This document shows positions 62,001 to 64,000 of a DNA stretch of 64,000 nucleotides, piece after piece (the stretch's first letter is position 1; the number at the start of each line of letters is the position of its first letter). The notes under the pieces were generated by a model that saw only the letters and a list, made by a program, of their open reading frames with translations, did no database searches and was not told the origin of the DNA. The stretch covers positions 84,125 through 148,124 of the forward strand of contig JACPGT010000002.1 in the NCBI GenBank assembly GCA_016188965.1. Direction: 5' to 3'. The translations under genes were made by a program, and so were the position numbers. The DNA comes from Candidatus Micrarchaeota archaeon. GTDB lineage: Archaea; Micrarchaeota; Micrarchaeia; Norongarragalinales; Norongarragalinaceae.

Positions 62001-62886
62001 TCTTCAGCGCCAAGTCGGCGATGGTCGCCACATAGACCTTGCGGAAGTACTTGCGGGCTTGCGTGATGTCCAAGAATTGCACGCTTTCCGGCCGGTGCTG
62101 CGCCACCACTTCCTTGGTCTTTTCCAGCAGGAAGTATTTTTCCGGCGGCAGGCTGTACTCCGGAGGATTGATGAAGTAAAGGTACTGCACCTGGTCGGGG
62201 TGGCGGTAGATGTAGACCTTGCTGCCGCCCACGTCGTACTGGTCGACCAGTTCGAGCTGCTCGGTCGCGGAAAAGAAGATGCGCGAGCCGATGAAGGACG
62301 GCTTGATCGAGCTTTCGAAGAACGCGTGGTACGCGGTGCGGCCTTCCGGGATGCTGCCCAGCTGGGACAAATAGTCTTTCATGGCCTGGATGAGCTTCAT
62401 CTCTTCCATCTTCTGCCGCATGTAGCGCAGCGTGCCCAGGTAAATCTGCACGTCTTCGGCATTGGGCCCGGCGGCGGCTGCCTGCGCGGCGACGGTTTTC
62501 ATCTCCTGCACCAGCGTCAGGTAGGCCTTGAACGGGTCGGACTTGATTTGGGCCATGATGCGCAACACGGCGTCATGTCGCGGGCCCAAGGTCTTGGATT
62601 CCGTCGTCTTGCCCAGGTGCGACGGGCTCCAGACGGCGTCGGCTTCCAGGTTGTTGACCAAGTCGGCGACTTCGCGCAGCCAGCCGGTCTGCTTCTCATC
62701 GTAGATGCGTTCGTAGTACTCGCTGAGCACCACTTCGTCCGCGTCGGCTTCGCGCAGCTTCTCGACGACGTCTTGGAATGCCTGGCCGTACTGGGCGATG
62801 TCGGGGCCCCAGGCCATGCCGCGGTAGTCGATGACCAGTCGCTTTTTGCCGCCGTCGCTTTTCACGACGGCCTGTCCGGGAGCCAT
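59023..62886 (-). CDS. GspE/VirB11/FlaI-family secretion or pilus ATPase interrupted by an intein
   Basis: Walker A GSRGAGK|..|TSLLQ. After the intein come VLVQEDTQEL (Walker B/Asp box), LRLGDSVLIVGEVRSGEA and GTIHGESAYS (His box). The extein totals 757 aa. Confidence 0.85.
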   Translation of the reverse strand: MAPGQAVVKSDGGKKRLVIDYRGMAWGPDIAQYGQAFQDVVEKLREADADEVVLSEYYERIYDEKQTGWLREVADLVNNLEADAVWSPSHLGKTTESKTLGPRHDAVLRIMAQIKSDPFKAYLTLVQEMKTVAAQAAAAGPNAEDVQIYLGTLRYMRQKMEEMKLIQAMKDYLSQLGSIPEGRTAYHAFFESSIKPSFIGSRIFFSATEQLELVDQYDVGGSKVYIYRHPDQVQYLYFINPPEYSLPPEKYFLLEKTKEVVAQHRPESVQFLDITQARKYFRKVYVATIADLALKNNIKLSVEEKEDLASIVARYTIGYGIMEVLLSDRRVTDVYIDSPLGDKPIYLVHGKYGQCQTNVIFSNEEARSIVSRFRALSGRPFDEAHPILDFDLEDLQTRIAVIGKPLALDGIAFALRLHKQTPWTLAQFVDGKAFGSFAAGMLSFFVDAQASMLIVGSRGAGKCLEGDTLIQMADGSLKRIEQLVEENLHNPTLIEDGCYAECNGLDILTMTSDLKVRAAPVEKVWRRSAPAEMFKIMLASGKQITTTPEHPFFTVKEGFVTQIRADELKTGGFVATPRTIPTHSGQTKGLDLDRMREQSHLFGLKYPELAPLARERLTRIQQKTPLNIAAAAMGMNYRTAANLKNGVRNAVSFEEMEKIAQYTGSEIGQYVSQLNDVKSNNSNHVMNAGILTDRMTMEYARLLGLLYGDGHVDDVELTFTNTHPTLLADFQKLSEQVFGAKGKIRHPKNRSPMYQVSSRAVSRMVRGRFGLPSGKKAPFQEMPNEILSASDAGLAEFIKGYFDCDSSVRKDKTEIEFCTASPKMAEQMQYALLRFGIQSIRKPKQVNGTEYYRGFIRGDNCLRFAQRIGFGHPDKQKRLEDMLKGRKFNSNVDVIPNAWALLEHTKKEYGFGKTSLDQHEIGRNKLQQIAHDALEKKPDDEKIRQMHNLAHSELYWDRVVQIEKVAPSGPYVYDLTVDGTHSFVANGIIAHNTSLLQAMMLELPQNLRVLVQEDTQELPVPQMKKLGLSIQRMKTRPPLGGGTESEVSAEDALRTALRLGDSVLIVGEVRSGEAKALYEAMRVGAVGNVVMGTIHGESAYSIWDRVVNDLGVPTTSFKATDFCVVAAPIRFKGSLKRHRRLIEVTEVLKDWESDPGKEHGFVNWMTFDANKDDLEIFKDDIIGKSEWLKKVQRMRGLDADEVWNEILARGQTKQYLVDQKNQYGIPRLLEAEYAVRAHMHYLILTEKQREETGNLDYPKLMADWKAWVDSELVADLVRQKQATVAAE
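59911..61500 (-). mobile_element. 530-aa intein with LAGLIDADG homing-endonuclease domain
   Basis: Residues 463-992: block A CLEGDTLIQMADGS, block B TTTPEHPF, LAGLIDADG motifs LLGLLYGDGHV and LAEFIKGYFDCDSS, blocks F/G YVYDLTVDGTHSFVANGIIAHN, then Thr+1. Confidence 0.85.
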
Positions 62887-63001
62887 GAATCAGAAAACCG
62901 GAGGTCTTACGCCGTCTGGCTATAAAATATGCGGCCCCCGGGCCGGGTTTGGTTCAGTGGCGTCGCCAGCGGAGTTTTCCGACAATCGCTCCTTTCGTCT
63001 T

Positions 63002-63550
63002 TCAGGACTTGCCTGACTTCGCGGCTTCTTTTTTGTCCAATGCCAAGCCGGCTTGCAGGATGCCGGCTACCAAATCATAAGGGGATGGCGGGTTACCAGG
63101 TACGTGCACGCTCACGGGAACGACTTCGTCCACGCGGCCGCTTTTGTACACGGCATAGCTGTGCTTGAAGAGGCCGCCGGTGCACGCGCCGTCGCCTGCG
63201 GCAACGACCGCGCGCGGCTCGGCCATGGCGGCATACGTTTTTTCCAACGCGCGGCGCATGTTGAGCGTCACGGGGCCGGAGACCAACAGCACGTCGGCAT
63301 GGCGCGGCGACGCGACGAAGTGGATGCCGAAGCGCTCGCAGTCCACCTGCGGCGCGTTCATGAGTCCTTCCTCGACTTCGACGTCGTTGGACGAACCTGC
63401 ATCCACCATGCGCACGTGGATGGAGCGCGAGAACACGCCCCCGCTCCGGCGGCGCAACAGAGCGGCCACTTTCCGGATGGCGGGGTCCGTCGCCTCTTCG
63501 CTGATTTCGTCCGTCCGGGGGGCGCGCAACAACGCGGATAGTTCATGCAT
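63002..63550 (-). CDS. NuoB / group-4 hydrogenase small-subunit-like protein lacking most Fe-S cysteines
   Basis: FGIHFVASPRHADVLLVSGPVT, GDGACTGG and VPGNPPSP align to the NuoB/HycG/EchC family. The usual CxxCxxC region reads DAGSSNDVE, and PGCPP reads PGNPP. Confidence 0.7.
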   Translation of the reverse strand: MHELSALLRAPRTDEISEEATDPAIRKVAALLRRRSGGVFSRSIHVRMVDAGSSNDVEVEEGLMNAPQVDCERFGIHFVASPRHADVLLVSGPVTLNMRRALEKTYAAMAEPRAVVAAGDGACTGGLFKHSYAVYKSGRVDEVVPVSVHVPGNPPSPYDLVAGILQAGLALDKKEAAKSGKS

Positions 63551-63559
63551 GGGCTCACG

Positions 63560-64000
63560 TCACAAATCGGTTCCTGCGTAGGACAGGTTGAAGCTCTTGT
63601 TGATCAGTGGGAAATCCGGTATGATGTTGCCGTTTACGGCTCTCTCCAGGCCACGCCAGTTGCGGAAGGACGCCGTCCGGATGGACAGCCGGCTGATCCG
63701 GCCTTTGTCGGTCCTCACGAAGATGGAGCAGGAACCCCGCGGCGCTTCACACCAGCCCCAACCGAAACCGTGACCGGTCCTCTTCTCGCCCGTGTGGGTG
63801 GGCCCGGAGGGCATTTGGTTGATTTCCGAGCGGATCAGGCGTGCTGATTCCTTGACTTCGTTGGCTTTGACGTTGAACCGCGCGAGCACGTCCCCGCTGG
63901 CCGCCATGGATTCGCAAACCGCCCTTTTTTTGTAGGCACCGTACGGAAAATGCCGGCGCAAATCGCACGACTTGCCGCTGGCGCGGGCCACGGGACCGAC
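63560..64000 (-). CDS. NuoD / group-4 [NiFe]-hydrogenase large-subunit-like protein, C-terminal part (gene continues past the window)
   Basis: GPVARASGKSCDLRR.., GDVLARFNVKANEV, EAPRGSCSIFV, RLSIRTASFRNW. The C-terminus SFNLSYAGTDL replaces the DPCxxCxDR nickel ligands. Confidence 0.7.
   Translation of the reverse strand, partial: VGPVARASGKSCDLRRHFPYGAYKKRAVCESMAASGDVLARFNVKANEVKESARLIRSEINQMPSGPTHTGEKRTGHGFGWGWCEAPRGSCSIFVRTDKGRISRLSIRTASFRNWRGLERAVNGNIIPDFPLINKSFNLSYAGTDL

Overview
GC-rich archaeal chromosome segment. The archaeal origin rests on r-proteins L14e, L18e, L19e, L32e, L34e, L40e and S4e, on RpoD/N/P, Cbf5, aSUI1, Rpp29, NAC and archease, and on bulge-helix-bulge tRNA introns. 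About half of the window is one minus-strand super-cluster of translation and transcription genes: RpoP, L3-L4-L23-L2-S19-L22-S3-L29-SUI1-Rpp29-S17-L14-L24-S4e-L5-S14-S8-L6-L32e-L19e-L18-S5-L30-L15, a HAD-like insert, SecY, DUF106, L34e, Cmk, two hypotheticals, L14e, Cbf5, a murein hydrolase, a structured RNA candidate, S13-S4-S11-RpoD, tRNA-Leu, L18e-L13-S9-RpoN. The rest is accessory. It holds three secreted peptidoglycan-hydrolase genes (M23, amidase_3 and SLT modules; one is frameshifted). It also holds three PIN toxin genes (two with adjacent antitoxins) and a block of RadC, methyltransferase, wHTH and RNase H-like genes lying between tRNA genes. A 1377-aa surface protein is followed by a type IV pilus-like locus with six class-III-signal pilin genes, a FlaJ/TadC-like platform and a GspE/FlaI-like ATPase. 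The ATPase P-loop is split by a 530-aa LAGLIDADG intein. The window ends with cysteine-less NuoB/NuoD-like subunits. Four tRNA genes are present and three carry introns, one at the non-canonical T-loop position 59/60. Two previously unclassified repeat families stand out. Family X is a G/C-tract multi-hairpin element, with compensatory stem changes between copies, fused to the 5' ends of pilin genes. Family Y is an A/T-hairpin element found in a tRNA-Leu intron and next to duplicated 5' fragments of two tRNA-Thr genes. The ORF track uses GTG/TTG as starts, so many starts were moved to internal ATGs that I checked in the sequence. Four genes shorter than 60 aa that the track missed (L14e, S14, RpoP, L40e) were found by hand translation. 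No CRISPR array, rRNA, transposase or integrase was seen.
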